Origin: an uncultured virus (IMG/VR IMGVR_UViG_3300009545_000019)
Lineage: Duplodnaviria > Heunggongvirae > Uroviricota > Caudoviricetes
Strand: one strand, 5' to 3'
DNA: 64,000 bases
Virus record (IMG/VR): IMGVR_UViG_3300009545_000019
This document shows positions 19,317 through 30,722 of this stretch, piece by piece. The notes beneath the pieces were generated by a model, which made no database searches, was not told where the DNA came from, and saw nothing but the letters and a program-made list of their open reading frames with translations. The position numbers were made by a program, and so were the translations under genes. The first letter of the stretch is position 1. The number at the start of each line of letters is the position of its first letter.

Positions 19317-20866
19317 ACGCATCAGACATGTTGGCAATCCATATGCGCGCTTCCGTATCGGACTTCGAGCACAACGAAGAGCCGGCCAGGCTCAGCTTGC
19401 GAGAGGCCCATCTCGTCGACGTTCTTCGCAGGATCGCGTCCGGCGCCCTCAAGGGGAGAGCGGCACAGGCAGAGTCGGCTGAAGCGCTGGAGGGATGGCG
19501 CGCGGCCGACGAATGTGCGGGATGCCCACGATGTCTTCGACACGCAGAGAAAGAGATCGAGCAGCTCAAGGCGGAAAACGCAGAGCTGCGCGCGCAACTT
19601 GCGCCCGATCCGGAGGTAGCCAAGAAGCTCAGGGCTTATATGCGCGAACAGCTCGTAGAGAAGCTCGACTGGTCCGTTCGAGCGCACTCCGTGATCACAA
19701 GGAAGCTCGCCGTCGACGCGACGATCGCCGACGCGGTCGCCATCCCGCCCGCCGAGTGGCTAAAGGTCCCGCGCTGCACGATGCTCGTCATTCGCGAGAT
19801 GGACAAGCTGTTCAAGAGTCTCGGCGTCGAGTGGCCGGGGGAATGGCCGAGGAGATAGCGATGGGTGTCACACTACATGCGGTTGTGGAGATCGATGTCG
19901 GCGAGTACCCGGGGTACCCGAGATGGCAAATCGTTTCGGAGTGGTGGTTCAACAAGGACTCCGAACTTATCAGCTGGGTTTACGACGGCGCGCAGATCGG
20001 ATGGCCCGACGGCGAAACGCTTCGAGATCCGGACCACGAGTTTGATGATGAGGGGCGACAGTGGTGCGATCTCGCGACGCTTCTCGCTCCTCAGAAAAAC
20101 CCGTTCTTCTGCGGCGAAGTAGGCGGAGAAGAGCCAGAGTGGTTGACTCCGCCGACTGGCGAACGCTTCGGCTCTCTCATCGCTTCGTTGAAATCATTTC
20201 ACGAAAGAAGCATCGACGCTCGGGTGCTTTGGTGGAGGGGCTGATGAGACTCGACGTCATCATGAAGTACGTGAACGCGCGGATGGCCGTGCTCGAGGCA
20301 GCTCAGGACGTCGGCGAAAGCAACTACTGCGCATACTCGGACAAGATTGACGCTCAGGTAAACGCCCACCTTGAGCTCGACAAGATGCTCCGCGAGGAGA
20401 TCGCGGCGAGGAAGAAGGTCACCCGATGAGCGCTTGGAACTACCGCATCATTCGACACCACAACGGAACCTTTAGCATCCACGAAGTCGGCTACGTGAAG
20501 CCAGGCGCGCCCACCAACTGCACCAAAGAGGCCGTTGTAAGCGCCGACTCGATCAAAGAGCTTCGCGAGGAGGTCGACTCCTTTCTCCGTGCCTTCGATC
20601 GTCCCGTGCTCAACGTGAGTGTCTTCGAACAGGCGCGTGGATTCACGCCGTTTCACCAGGAACTCTTCGACGTATCTGACGTCGTAGGTGACCTGGAAAA
20701 AAGGATCATCAAGTTCGACAAGATGGCGAACGACTGCCGAGTGCCACCCGGTGTGCGGGTCAAGATGAACGCTGAAGTGCACCTTGCGAGAGAGGCGATC
20801 GGCCGAGCGAGTTTTCATCTCAGCGAAGCACTTACGATCGAGGTGAGAGAGCGAGTGCTCGATTAA
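19313..20866 (+). other. Four hypothetical ORFs (19313-19858, 19861-20244, 20244-20429, 20426-20866) ending the + strand block
   Basis: Translationally coupled ORFs converging on the structural block. Confidence 0.6.
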
Positions 20867-21669
20867 GCGATCGGAATCGCGTACCGGACGCTCAAGTAGT
20901 TCGCGAGTTGCGTAATCTCGGCACCGGCGAGCACGCGCCGGTAAACACCCTCTTCCGCGATCGGGCCGTTCCACTTCTCCGCGTTCGGCACCGTATCGGC
21001 GGCGCCGAGGAAGAAGCTCGTGATGGTCGAGCCGTCGAGCGAACCCGTCGCAGTCGGAAGGTGTGAATTGAAGTAGAGCTGGCTGCTCGCCCCGTTGTTC
21101 ACGACGATCACGATGCTCGGCGACGTCCATCCGCTGGTCGCGTTGTCGATCTCTCCGAGGCCGTCAAACACGCCCGCGAAAGCGTGCGTCGTGTCTCCCG
21201 AAGGGAAGTGTGCGTAGACACCCGCGTTGCCGCTCGTCTTGTCGTTCCAAATCTCAGGAAACGTGAGCGTAAATCCGACGCCCTGTACGCAATGAGCGGC
21301 GACGAAAAACGTATACGGCGCGGCGAGCGGTACCGTCCACACGCCGCTCTGCATGAAGGAGTTCGGTCCACCTGTGACGACGACGTTGTTGACCGTAGGG
21401 TGGTTGTTGTACGCGGCGTTCGAGGCAGTGAATGTCGGCCTCTGAAGAGGAACGGGAGCCGTCCAGTTGTGATTCGCATCGCCCTCTGTTGCCGAGTCAC
21501 CCCACGCCGAGACGATCCCGGCTGCCTGCGTAACGAGGAGATCTCCGCGGCTCCATTGCGCGAGCCCGGCGAGGTCCGTGGGCGAGAAAGGCGGCGGGCC
21601 AGCGGGACCTGGCTGACCCAGGAGAACGGAGGTCGCAGGGATCACGACAGACCCGGAAAGCCTCGCCAC
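20863..21669 (-). CDS. Concanavalin A/LamG-like virion protein
   Basis: WSRGDL, WGDS, NGPIAEEGVYRRVL..EITQLANYLSVRYAI; paralogous to 26778-27476. Confidence 0.65.
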   Translation of the reverse strand: MARLSGSVVIPATSVLLGQPGPAGPPPFSPTDLAGLAQWSRGDLLVTQAAGIVSAWGDSATEGDANHNWTAPVPLQRPTFTASNAAYNNHPTVNNVVVTGGPNSFMQSGVWTVPLAAPYTFFVAAHCVQGVGFTLTFPEIWNDKTSGNAGVYAHFPSGDTTHAFAGVFDGLGEIDNATSGWTSPSIVIVVNNGASSQLYFNSHLPTATGSLDGSTITSFFLGAADTVPNAEKWNGPIAEEGVYRRVLAGAEITQLANYLSVRYAIPIA

Positions 21670-22328
21670 ACGGCGATCCCCGTCACGGGCGAGATGTACG
21701 AAAGGAACGTGGCGCTGTGCCAGGCACCGGAGATCGCGTACGTCGCGGCGCCGTTGATCAGATCGGCGCCCGTCGTGACGCCGACGACGACGCCTCCTGC
21801 GACGTTCTCGAGCGAGACGGTACAGAAGTTTCCGAGGTTCGCGGTCGCGTCAGGGAGTTTCGGGGTCGCAGCGGCGCCGAAGAGGATCCATACCTCGTTC
21901 TCAGGAGATGCCGTGAGGTTGGGAGAAACTGCGTTCGAGGTGTGAGGCGTCGTTGGCGCAACGCCGACGGTGACTGCCGTGGGTCCGGTGGGCGCGACGT
22001 CGATCCCAGGCCCGGCGAGGACGTTTCCTTGGACGGGAGGACCGGCAGGGCCCGCAGGACCCGCGGAACCCGTCGCGCCAGCCGCACCTGCGGCGCCGGC
22101 CGCGCCCGTTGCACCAGCGGGTCCGGCAGGCCCAGCGGCGCCCGCAGCGCCAGCGGGACCAGGCGGCCCTGCGACGCACATCACGCCGCAGCGCCCGCAC
22201 TCTCCGCAGCGCCATCGCCGGCAGCGTCGACAGAACCCGTCGCTCCAATCGTTGCCGCAGCAGACGCAGCGCCAGCGTCCGTGCACGCGATCGTCGTCCC
22301 TATCAATGCGGCAGCGGTCGTGGCTCAT
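21642..22328 (-). CDS. Cys-rich, collagen-like repeat protein
   Basis: CxxC clusters followed by (G-X-Y)n GPPGPAGAAGAAGPAG. Confidence 0.7.
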   Translation of the reverse strand: MSHDRCRIDRDDDRVHGRWRCVCCGNDWSDGFCRRCRRWRCGECGRCGVMCVAGPPGPAGAAGAAGPAGPAGATGAAGAAGAAGATGSAGPAGPAGPPVQGNVLAGPGIDVAPTGPTAVTVGVAPTTPHTSNAVSPNLTASPENEVWILFGAAATPKLPDATANLGNFCTVSLENVAGGVVVGVTTGADLINGAATYAISGAWHSATFLSYISPVTGIAVWRGFPGLS

Positions 22329-22845
22329 CGTCGGTACCGCGGAAGCTTCTTCGACCGCGCGAGCTTCCTGATGCACGTCGGGCAGACGTGTTCACCTCGA
22401 GCGTGCGCGGCGGCAATGCGCTGGTAGACGTAGTTCGTAACTTTCCAGGGATTTTCGTAGTGATCCGCGTACGGCATCACGTGAGCCTTAGCTTCTTCCC
22501 AGGCTGCTTCGTCTGCGTGTGTTCCGGGCATGACCTACTTCTTCTTCCCTCGTCGACCCGTGCTCCGACCTCGCCACTCGCGAGCTTCGTAGCGCTCGGC
22601 TGCCGCCTTCACGGACTCGGACGGCTCGTCGGAGCGGGACGATCGAAATTTCATCGGTCCACCAGAGTAGCCGCCGCTTAAGAAGGGCGCTGAAGGCGAC
22701 GACGAGAACTGCATCGGGTCGAAGCTTCCAAGTCCGAGGCTCATCGCCATCAGCGCTCTCGCCATGGTGCTCATGAAGAAAGCTTACCCCAAAACGTCTT
22801 TCGCGAGGAGCGCGAGCGTGAGCGCCAGAGCGATGAGGCCGAGGC

Positions 22846-23148
22846 TCATTTGCCTTCTCCATGTATGCACGGAAGAAGTCCGGAGCAGAAGCCGTCGCGC
22901 TTCAAGCATGCGTCCACTGTCTCGGGCCGAGCGTTGCGACAAGCGGCAGCGCATTCATCAACGAGATCGGCGGGGACCTGAAGACTGTCGAGGCACTGCA
23001 TCATGGCACTTTTGCAGATGATGGCGCATGAGATCGTCGATGTATCTGTTACGTGCGTCGTCGTCACAGTGGGTGTCGGCGGGCGCTCGGGCTTGGAGCA
23101 ACCCGCCAAAAGCGCAGCGACAAGGGTCGTTGCGAGGGTTCGGCTCAT
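22846..23148 (-). CDS. Putative Cys-rich lipoprotein
   Basis: Signal peptide with lipobox LLAGC. Confidence 0.55.
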   Translation of the reverse strand: MSRTLATTLVAALLAGCSKPERPPTPTVTTTHVTDTSTISCAIICKSAMMQCLDSLQVPADLVDECAAACRNARPETVDACLKRDGFCSGLLPCIHGEGK

Positions 23149-23804
23149 TGATCGCCTCGAGCGACAGCCTCGGCGTACCGCTGCTTCCACCGATTCCATG
23201 CCTCCACGAGCTCGCGAGAGCCCTTCACGCCTCGGTAGCAGTTGCCGCCGGCATATCCCGCGAACGGCTCCTGGGGGCAGTTCTCGAGGCGTCCTCGGTG
23301 CAGCGCGCGAAGGGCCACCTCGGCGGCGAGCTCGCGGTCAGCAAGAAAGGCCGCCTGGCGCTCGGGCGAGGCGTGCAGCTGCCACATCGTGGCAGCGTGG
23401 CCTGAATCGCATCGCTCGCTTCTGCCGTCCGTCCCGCGCCAGCATGGGCCCACGTCTACGGTCCGTTCGAACGACGACTCGTGCTGGGCGACGGCGAGAA
23501 GGAGCAGGGCATCATCCTCGACGCGCTCAGGATGGCCTGCGTCGACGAGCACGGCCGCTCCTACGACGTCGAACGCGATCCGTTCGAGGCGTGCGTCGCG
23601 CTCGGCAGCGGTCTCGACAGAACCGTCAGCGGGGGCCGCTACGGGTGTCTCCAGGAGCATGCTGACGAGGGTGTCGACGAGCACGCCGTCCGAGTGCGGC
23701 GCCGGCTCGGCAATCACTTCGCACGAGCCGACGAAGACGAGGAAGCCCACGGCGAGGCTGAAGACGAGAAGCCAGAAGAGGTCCCAAAGAAGAGCCTTTT
23801 TCAT
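23145..23804 (-). CDS. Lysozyme/lytic transglycosylase-like protein with an N-terminal membrane anchor
   Basis: LLAVAQHESSF and MWQLH motifs. Confidence 0.55.
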   Translation of the reverse strand: MKKALLWDLFWLLVFSLAVGFLVFVGSCEVIAEPAPHSDGVLVDTLVSMLLETPVAAPADGSVETAAERDARLERIAFDVVGAAVLVDAGHPERVEDDALLLLAVAQHESSFERTVDVGPCWRGTDGRSERCDSGHAATMWQLHASPERQAAFLADRELAAEVALRALHRGRLENCPQEPFAGYAGGNCYRGVKGSRELVEAWNRWKQRYAEAVARGDQ

Positions 23805-24428
23805 GGCCGGGACCCTACCACGCTCTGCGTTACAACTTGAAGTTGTCAGGGTGGAGTGACAATATACGTAACTGCGATGAGGGACATGAACGCGAGGGCC
23901 GTACAGGAAACGATTGACGAGCTGAAGGCCGAGGCGCGCCTTTTGAAGGCTCGCGGGGAACTCGGTCGCGCGGACACGCTTGAGGCTGCTGCGAAGCGTG
24001 TCGAGGCCGAATTCGCTCGAGAGTGCGAGCGACCGACAGCGATGCGGAGCATCTAGGCCTTACCCGCAGGCTTGACCCAGCGACCGTCGGGAAGATGTCG
24101 CAGCCCGCTGATCTCTTCGTAGTACCGCGTTATCTCGTCTTGAAAGTACTTCGGTCGCAGGCGCCGCCGCCGATGGAGTCGCGCCCAGCGCTCTTGGGTA
24201 GGATGAATCATCGCTTCTTCGTCGCAAGGATCTCTTCGCGGCTCTTTTGCGGGAACGGCGGCACGTCGTCCACTTCTTCGTTCGATGCCGGAACGGGCGC
24301 GGCCGGGCAGATGCACACCGCGCTCGCTTGCGGAGACGCTTGGACGGCGCCGGGGCGCTCAGAGCGACATGTCGCTGCGAGCCCGAGACCGAAGCCGATG
24401 TAGACGAAGAGCGCGACCTGAAGATCGG

Positions 24429-25291
24429 TCACGACGTGACTTCGGTGTATCCAGCAGGCGCAGTGTCCAAGACGAACGCCCATCCAACCTCTCCGGGCGC
24501 CGAAGGCGCGGTGAGCGGCGGACTCATGAAGACCCGGTGGCCCGCGACGTTCTGCTGCGCGATCCACGCGCTGACGGTCCCGAGCGCGATCCCTTGCGCG
24601 TTCGGTGTGGCCGCGAGGAGCGGACCGAGGCTCTTCGTCGTCACGAAGGCATGCGGCGGGACGCCGAGGGTCGTGAGCGCCTGATTCGTTGCCTGATTCA
24701 GGTTCGCGAGCGCGTCCGCGTCGGCGATCGTGTACGAGCCGATCGTCGGATCGATGGGCGGCGCCTTCGGAGAAGGTGAAGGCGGAGTCGGGGAGGTCGG
24801 AGAAGCCTTGGTTTCGTGAGCCACGACTACGCCCACGATGACCGCTGCGACGCCGATGCCAAGGAGCAAAGCTGCGGGGTTCGTTTTCATGCTGTGACCT
24901 CTACGAAGTTACCAGGCGGATTCGAGCCAATATAGATGGGAAGGTACGCGCTCGGCGGCGAGCCCGTCTCATCTTGGATGGGCGAGCCGATCCACACGCG
25001 TTGGTTCAATGCGAGCTGACCCGTAACGAAGGTCGGCACGGTGCCGAGGAAAACGGACGACACGGCCGGATTCGCCGCGACCATCTTCGCGACGACGGCA
25101 GGATCGACACCTTCGTACTGCGTCGGCGTGTTCGCGGTGTACCCGAGCGCCTTCCACTTCGCGACGTCGATCACGAGATGCGTGGGCCAGTTCGCCGCGA
25201 CGCTCGAGGCGGAGACTTTTGTTGCAGCCTTCGCCGGTTCAGAGATAACGAACGCGACGGCTGCGAGTGCGAGGATACCGATGAGCCACAT
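24429..25291 (-). other. Two paralogous membrane-anchored proteins (24429-24890, 24887-25291)
   Basis: Hydrophobic N-termini; shared ..LGTV....RVxxxxP....P.xxEVT C-termini. Confidence 0.6.
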
Positions 25292-25798
25292 AGAGGGACC
25301 TTTCAGGAGCGAGCAGGCTTCACTTTACCAGGAGCCTTCGCAGACTTCGCCGTCTTCGTGAGTGGTATCTTCGCAAAGATTTCTCGCGGCACGTCTATCG
25401 GAACGATGCGCCATTTAGGCCCGCGGCGCTTCGCCCGATAGAACAGCTGATCTTCGGCGTATTGCTTCTCGAGGTACCACTCTCCGCTGTACTGGTCGTC
25501 CCAAGAGTTGTTCTTCCCGAGCTGCTCATCTCCGCAGAGCATCAAGTACACGCGAATGTATTTCATCGGTCCTCCGTCGACAGCTCCCACAGATCGCAGC
25601 ACCAGCGATTCGCTGCAACAGGCAACTTCGTACTGCCACCGCCTCCGCCTTTGCTCACCGGAGCGACGACCCACGCGCGACGGACGCACTCGGTGCCGTA
25701 GTTCCGCACGAACTTGCACGACACGCAGCTCGAGCCCCCGCGCGGGACGACGACGCCGATCTTGTGCGGCTTCGTTGCGGGGAGGAGCGCGAGGCGTC

Positions 25799-26446
25799 TC
25801 ATGCGAGAAGATCCGGGTCTGTCCAGCCGTAGACGACGCGGGCGATCGATCCGTTCGGCGAGTCGACGATGAGGTTGCCCTGCGTGGTCCACGTTCGCGT
25901 GTGCGTGCCGACCATCTGTCGGCCGTACTGGTCGGTCATCCCGCCGTCGACCGAGGTGATGGTGTACGTCCCGTCGGCGTTTTGCGTGACGCCCGTGACC
26001 GTGTAGACGTGCGTGATGTCGCCCTGAGGACCGACGGCGACCATGGCTCCGCGCTTCGGAGGCAGCGCATCGGGGCTCGCGAGGATCCACGCACCCTTCT
26101 GCTTCGCGAAATCGATCAGGTCCGTGATAACCATCCCGATCCGGGGGAGGTAGGGTGGCTGGAGATACGGGTCGTCGACGCCGGCCTCGCGCCATTCAGC
26201 TCGAACGGCGAGGCCACAGGTCGAGCTCTGCGGCGCCGAGGCCATGCTCTGCTTCATGTTCTCGGTCTCGCCTGGCCCGCCGAGCCAGTCCCCGAACGCC
26301 GTAGCGTCCTGCGTGGCGCCCATGCCCACCGCGGCTTCCGCTGCGCTCGCGATGCGATCACCCGTCGAAGAAGATCCGCCCATAAAAACGAGTGCTCCCA
26401 GCGCGAAGGTCGCGAGGACGTAGGGGAGAATCTGCCCGGCCTTCAC
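25799..26446 (-). CDS. CHAP/NlpC-P60-like cell wall amidase with an N-terminal anchor
   Basis: STCGLAV (Cys), THVYTV (His), SVDGG. Confidence 0.55.
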   Translation of the reverse strand: MKAGQILPYVLATFALGALVFMGGSSSTGDRIASAAEAAVGMGATQDATAFGDWLGGPGETENMKQSMASAPQSSTCGLAVRAEWREAGVDDPYLQPPYLPRIGMVITDLIDFAKQKGAWILASPDALPPKRGAMVAVGPQGDITHVYTVTGVTQNADGTYTITSVDGGMTDQYGRQMVGTHTRTWTTQGNLIVDSPNGSIARVVYGWTDPDLLA

Positions 26447-26777
26447 CGTGAAAGACTACATCGGCAGCGTGGTAGGGTAAAGCGCATGAGCGACGACGAT
26501 CGCGAGGCCCCGACACCGAGGCAGACCGGTACCTACGGCTTCATGCTGAGCATATGCCGCGACTCAAAGCTCGACCTCGAGCGTTGGCTACCTTCGGTGC
26601 CTCAGCCCATCGAGAAGCTGTCATCGAGCTCATCCAGGAGTTCAAGAAGCTCTCGGTCTGCGTGCAAGGCTGGACGATCGACACACCGCAGGAGTCGAAG
26701 CGCGCGACCGTCGATCTCATCCTCGAACTGCGCGCCGAGGCGCAGGGCTTCGCGGACAGGTACGGGTACAAGCTGCG

Positions 26778-27476
26778 TTAGGCGATCACGATGCCGTATC
26801 GTGTGCCGAAGTAGGTCATCAGTTGCGAGATCTCGGGGTCCGAAAGCACACGGTTGTAGAGAACGACTTCGGCGAGAGATCCGGCCCAGTTGAATGCTGG
26901 GCTCAAGCCGTCCAGGTATCCGCCCACGTTCATGTTCGTAACGCCATGAGCGCCGCCGACGCTTCCTGAATTGGTAGCTGTGCGAGAGTTGAAATAGAGC
27001 GTTCCGTTCGATGCAGCGATGACACTACCGAGTGCACCCGGATTTCTCCAATCACCAGGGCTCGCAACCGTAGCCCCGTCAATGTACGAAGGGAGGTCCC
27101 CTTGGGAAAAAACACCCCAATTGGCTCCTTGATCGGACAGTGCTCTGTAATTGCTCGTGGTTCCGGGCGTATCCCCGACGACGAACAGTGAGAAAGGTTG
27201 CGGAACAGGCACAGCCCATACACCGGTCAAGAGAAATTGAGTCGACGTGTAATCGATCGTGGCCTTGTTGTTGAAGCCTGCATTGTTCGGATTCGCGGTC
27301 GGTCGAGCCGCTCCGGTCGCCGTGGCGTTCTTGTTGGGGTCTCCGCTACCAGACTGGTCCGCCCACGTGAACGTTGCCCCTGACGTCACACCTAGGTCGG
27401 CACGAAGCCAGAAAGCATTTCCGGGAATGCGCGTAGGTTTAAAGGCGCCTTGCTGAAAAGCCGTGTACCGGTTCAC
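26778..27476 (-). CDS. Concanavalin A/LamG-like virion protein
   Basis: FWLRADLG, WADQSG, GSLAEVVLYNRVLS..EISQL..Y...RYGI. Confidence 0.7.
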   Translation of the reverse strand: MNRYTAFQQGAFKPTRIPGNAFWLRADLGVTSGATFTWADQSGSGDPNKNATATGAARPTANPNNAGFNNKATIDYTSTQFLLTGVWAVPVPQPFSLFVVGDTPGTTSNYRALSDQGANWGVFSQGDLPSYIDGATVASPGDWRNPGALGSVIAASNGTLYFNSRTATNSGSVGGAHGVTNMNVGGYLDGLSPAFNWAGSLAEVVLYNRVLSDPEISQLMTYFGTRYGIVIA

Positions 27477-29545
27477 GGCGTCATGATCCAGGTTGTCGAA
27501 TTGAAGGCGAGGAACGTCGCCGATCCCGTGACCGTCTGTGGCGTCGCAGGTGCTCCAGCACCGACCTCCTGAATCGTCTGACCGCCTGCGGCGGTAACGG
27601 TGGCCGACGCGATACCGTCGCAGAGCACTACGATCGATTGACCAATCATGGCCGAGGTGATGGCGGGCAGGTTCGCATTGACAACGCCTGCCTGAAGGAT
27701 GTTCGGTCGACCACCTGTCGCGGGAACGAGCGTGGGGTTATCCACAGCGAACGTCGAGAACGTCTGGTCGACGCCAAGCGGCGCGAAGTAACCGTTCACG
27801 GGCGTGTCCGCGACAGCGACCGCCGCCGCAGTTGCGACGCCTACGCGAGCAGCACCTGCGGCAACCGTCCGTACGCGACCGGGACTCGTCGGGGAGATGC
27901 CTAGGTTGTCGCCGATAGCGATCGTCGCGGTTCCGTCCGAAAGAAAAACCGTAGGGGTGCCGAAGCGTGAGAGTGCAACGTGTTGGCCGGCTCCCGTTGT
28001 CGCCTGTCTTGCGGCGCCGGTGACGACATCGATCTGGTCGGTCGTGGTAATGGCGATGGGACCGCCAGTGATGTTCTTCGCGAGCTGATGGGCGGCAATG
28101 ATCCCATTTGCTACGAAGAGATCTGCGGTCTGACCGGTCCGCTTCACTGTTGTGAGACCGGCAGATGAACGCGTGTCGATGTCGGTGAGGTTCGAATCGG
28201 AAACTTCTACGTAGCCGCAGGCCGCGTCAGCTGTGATGAACTTGAATGTGTTCGCCGGATTGGGGCGGATGTCCTGAACGTAGGCAGTGCCCACCGCGAC
28301 AAGATCCACCATTGGGATGTTCGTGTCGTTGAAGCCAGTGTTGTGGAGGCCGTGGATGTCGAGCAGGTCGGTATTCGATACATGAACTGCGTATGCCGCA
28401 GCCACGCCGCCGCCGCCTGCCGTACCGATCGGTGTGTTGTAAGTGCAGTCCTCAATGACGATATGTTTGAAATTGGCTCCTGGCCCGCCGTTCGCGATGA
28501 TATCTGCTGCCGTACCCTCGTCCCATACGCAATTTCTGAAATGAATAAAGTCGCCGGCCGCCGAATTGATGGCGGTACTATCTTCAAGACGGACGTGACA
28601 AGGCGTGTTGTAGTCCTTCTCGGCAAGAACTGTGAGGCCGTTGAGGCCCGCCGAAATGAACGTGTCGAAATGTCGACAGTTGTCCATGTAAAGCCCTCCG
28701 ACCTGCGTCATGTAGATCGTCGCCTTCGTTCCGTCGGTTGTTCCATTGCTCGCGATGAGGCAATCGCGCATGTAGAGCGTGCCGCCTCCGACGAAAACCT
28801 GCGCAAAGGATGCCGTGGTCCACACGATGGTCACGCGCGAAAGAGACACAAGCTGCGTTCCCTGGGCATCGATGATGGTCTGACAATCGATACCGGGAAC
28901 AGGTTGCGTGCCTACAAAAGCGAGATCTTCGAAAAAGACCTGATAGGCATTGATGAATGTAAATGCGTTCTCTGCGGCGCCGCAGTTCAATTCGAAAAGG
29001 GATGCGTCGGTCCCCGCCCCCTTGATCTTGATGCTCATCGGCATGAGGCCGGGGGTGAATGACCAGAAAGGCTTGGCGGTGCCGCCTATGAGATATTTGC
29101 CTCGTGGCACAAGAAGTGTGCAGCTCTTTTTAGGAAGCATCGGATCGGCGGCGAGTGCCAATAAGATAGTCGCCGCGGTGTTCAACGCCGCAGAGCAGTC
29201 CACGACCCCCGTTGGGTCGGCGCCGCAATCGGTGACGAAGTTGACCTCCCAGCCTCGCTCCCATGCGACGTCATCGATCGCTGTCTGAACTGTCGTCGGT
29301 AGCGTCGGGTTCGGCCAGTTCGTCGTGACTGTCGGCGTATACGCGACTGCCGAAGCGGGGATGGCGTCGGCGTACCTCTTCGTGACGAGGTCGTCTGCAA
29401 TGACCGGATCGGCACCTCGAACGTTCACGAAGGCAGCGTCAGCGGCGTTCCTTGCTTCGATCTCGCCACCGTTGTCCTTCAGGTTTGGACCACCGATGCC
29501 GATCCGGAAAAGAGTTTCGATAGTGCCTCTGATTTTCGACAGCAT
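27473..29545 (-). CDS. Pectate-lyase-like beta-helix spike/receptor-binding protein
   Basis: Shared MLSKIRGTIETLFR anchor; GADPTGVVDCSAALN...VPRGKYL...IKGAG beta-helix start. Confidence 0.75.
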   Translation of the reverse strand: MLSKIRGTIETLFRIGIGGPNLKDNGGEIEARNAADAAFVNVRGADPVIADDLVTKRYADAIPASAVAYTPTVTTNWPNPTLPTTVQTAIDDVAWERGWEVNFVTDCGADPTGVVDCSAALNTAATILLALAADPMLPKKSCTLLVPRGKYLIGGTAKPFWSFTPGLMPMSIKIKGAGTDASLFELNCGAAENAFTFINAYQVFFEDLAFVGTQPVPGIDCQTIIDAQGTQLVSLSRVTIVWTTASFAQVFVGGGTLYMRDCLIASNGTTDGTKATIYMTQVGGLYMDNCRHFDTFISAGLNGLTVLAEKDYNTPCHVRLEDSTAINSAAGDFIHFRNCVWDEGTAADIIANGGPGANFKHIVIEDCTYNTPIGTAGGGGVAAAYAVHVSNTDLLDIHGLHNTGFNDTNIPMVDLVAVGTAYVQDIRPNPANTFKFITADAACGYVEVSDSNLTDIDTRSSAGLTTVKRTGQTADLFVANGIIAAHQLAKNITGGPIAITTTDQIDVVTGAARQATTGAGQHVALSRFGTPTVFLSDGTATIAIGDNLGISPTSPGRVRTVAAGAARVGVATAAAVAVADTPVNGYFAPLGVDQTFSTFAVDNPTLVPATGGRPNILQAGVVNANLPAITSAMIGQSIVVLCDGIASATVTAAGGQTIQEVGAGAPATPQTVTGSATFLAFNSTTWIMTP

Positions 29546-29558
29546 GGTTTCCTCTTTC

Positions 29559-30722
29559 TCAGACCGGAACGATGCCCGCGAGCGATTCGGGCGCATCCTG
29601 GGGAAGCTGGGAGAAGGTGTAGTCGGCGTCCACAAGGTGAACGTCGACGCCCGAGCCCGTGACGTTCATCCGATGCGCGTCGTCGTAGAAGATGCGACAT
29701 CCTGCACTTACCTTCACCTTCGGCCCCACGACGTTCGTCCCGAAGAGGCGCGCGTCCGTGCCTGCGAGCGGGCTCACGAAGAGGTCGCACGGCAGGGTGA
29801 AGTTCACCGCCGTCGTCACGTAGGAGATCGCGAGCCAGCCGGCTTCGATCGTGTACGAGCCGGGCGAGTTGCCCGAGCGGATGAAGTTGCCGACGATCGT
29901 GAAGTCCGTGAAGTGAATCGATCCGCCCTTGTGCACGATAGGGCTCCCGATCGTCCCGCCCTGCGCTGCCATGATGACGGCGCCGTTCGACGCGCGCATC
30001 GCGCCGGCCGAGTAGCAGCCAAGGAATTCGACCTCGCCGGAGAAGGTGAGGTCGAACGTCGAGAACATGCACGTGTCGAGAAACACCACGCCCATGTTCT
30101 GAAACTGCACATCGTGTCCGGTACCGTTGCCCGCGTGCACCTTCTGCATTCCGAAGTCGCCCGAGCCGCTGACGATGAGCGTGTCGCCGAACTTCGGGAA
30201 GGTGAAGAAGGTGATAGGATCGAGCGCGGAAAGAGTCCCTGCGTCCGTGCCGTATTGAAGCGCCGCGTGCGGCTCGGTGATGATGGCGCTCCCGCTCCCG
30301 AGATCCTTCAGGACGACGAAACCCATGCCGGCGTTCGCGCCGCTTGTGACCTCGGCGTACTGCCCGACGCGCGTGGAGAAGTCGAAGCCCGTGACGGTGA
30401 TGCGCCACTCGGTCGGGGTCGTGGGGTTTGCGGGCGTTACCGAAGCGATCGTGGCCGTTGTGCCGGCGACCTGCGCGAGGCTTCCGTCGATCGTCAAAAA
30501 GATCGGACCTATCGCTTCCCAGTCGCAGATGAGGTTCACGTCGCCCGTGACGTCGCCCAGGATCGAGAGCGTCACCGCTCCGACGCTCGCAGGCGCCGTC
30601 TTGAGGAGAGCAAGTACTTCCTTCGCCTGGTCGAACGTCTTGAAAGGACGATCACGCGAGCCGTCGCCATTTACGACGGTCGTCGCAGGATCGAGGTAGT
30701 ACTGCGGGGAGGGGATGATCAT
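29559..30722 (-). CDS. Beta-rich virion fibre/spike protein
   Basis: NGDGSRDRPFKTFDQA motif typical of beta-helix protein N-termini; ATGA overlap with the upstream gene. Confidence 0.6.
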   Translation of the reverse strand: MIIPSPQYYLDPATTVVNGDGSRDRPFKTFDQAKEVLALLKTAPASVGAVTLSILGDVTGDVNLICDWEAIGPIFLTIDGSLAQVAGTTATIASVTPANPTTPTEWRITVTGFDFSTRVGQYAEVTSGANAGMGFVVLKDLGSGSAIITEPHAALQYGTDAGTLSALDPITFFTFPKFGDTLIVSGSGDFGMQKVHAGNGTGHDVQFQNMGVVFLDTCMFSTFDLTFSGEVEFLGCYSAGAMRASNGAVIMAAQGGTIGSPIVHKGGSIHFTDFTIVGNFIRSGNSPGSYTIEAGWLAISYVTTAVNFTLPCDLFVSPLAGTDARLFGTNVVGPKVKVSAGCRIFYDDAHRMNVTGSGVDVHLVDADYTFSQLPQDAPESLAGIVPV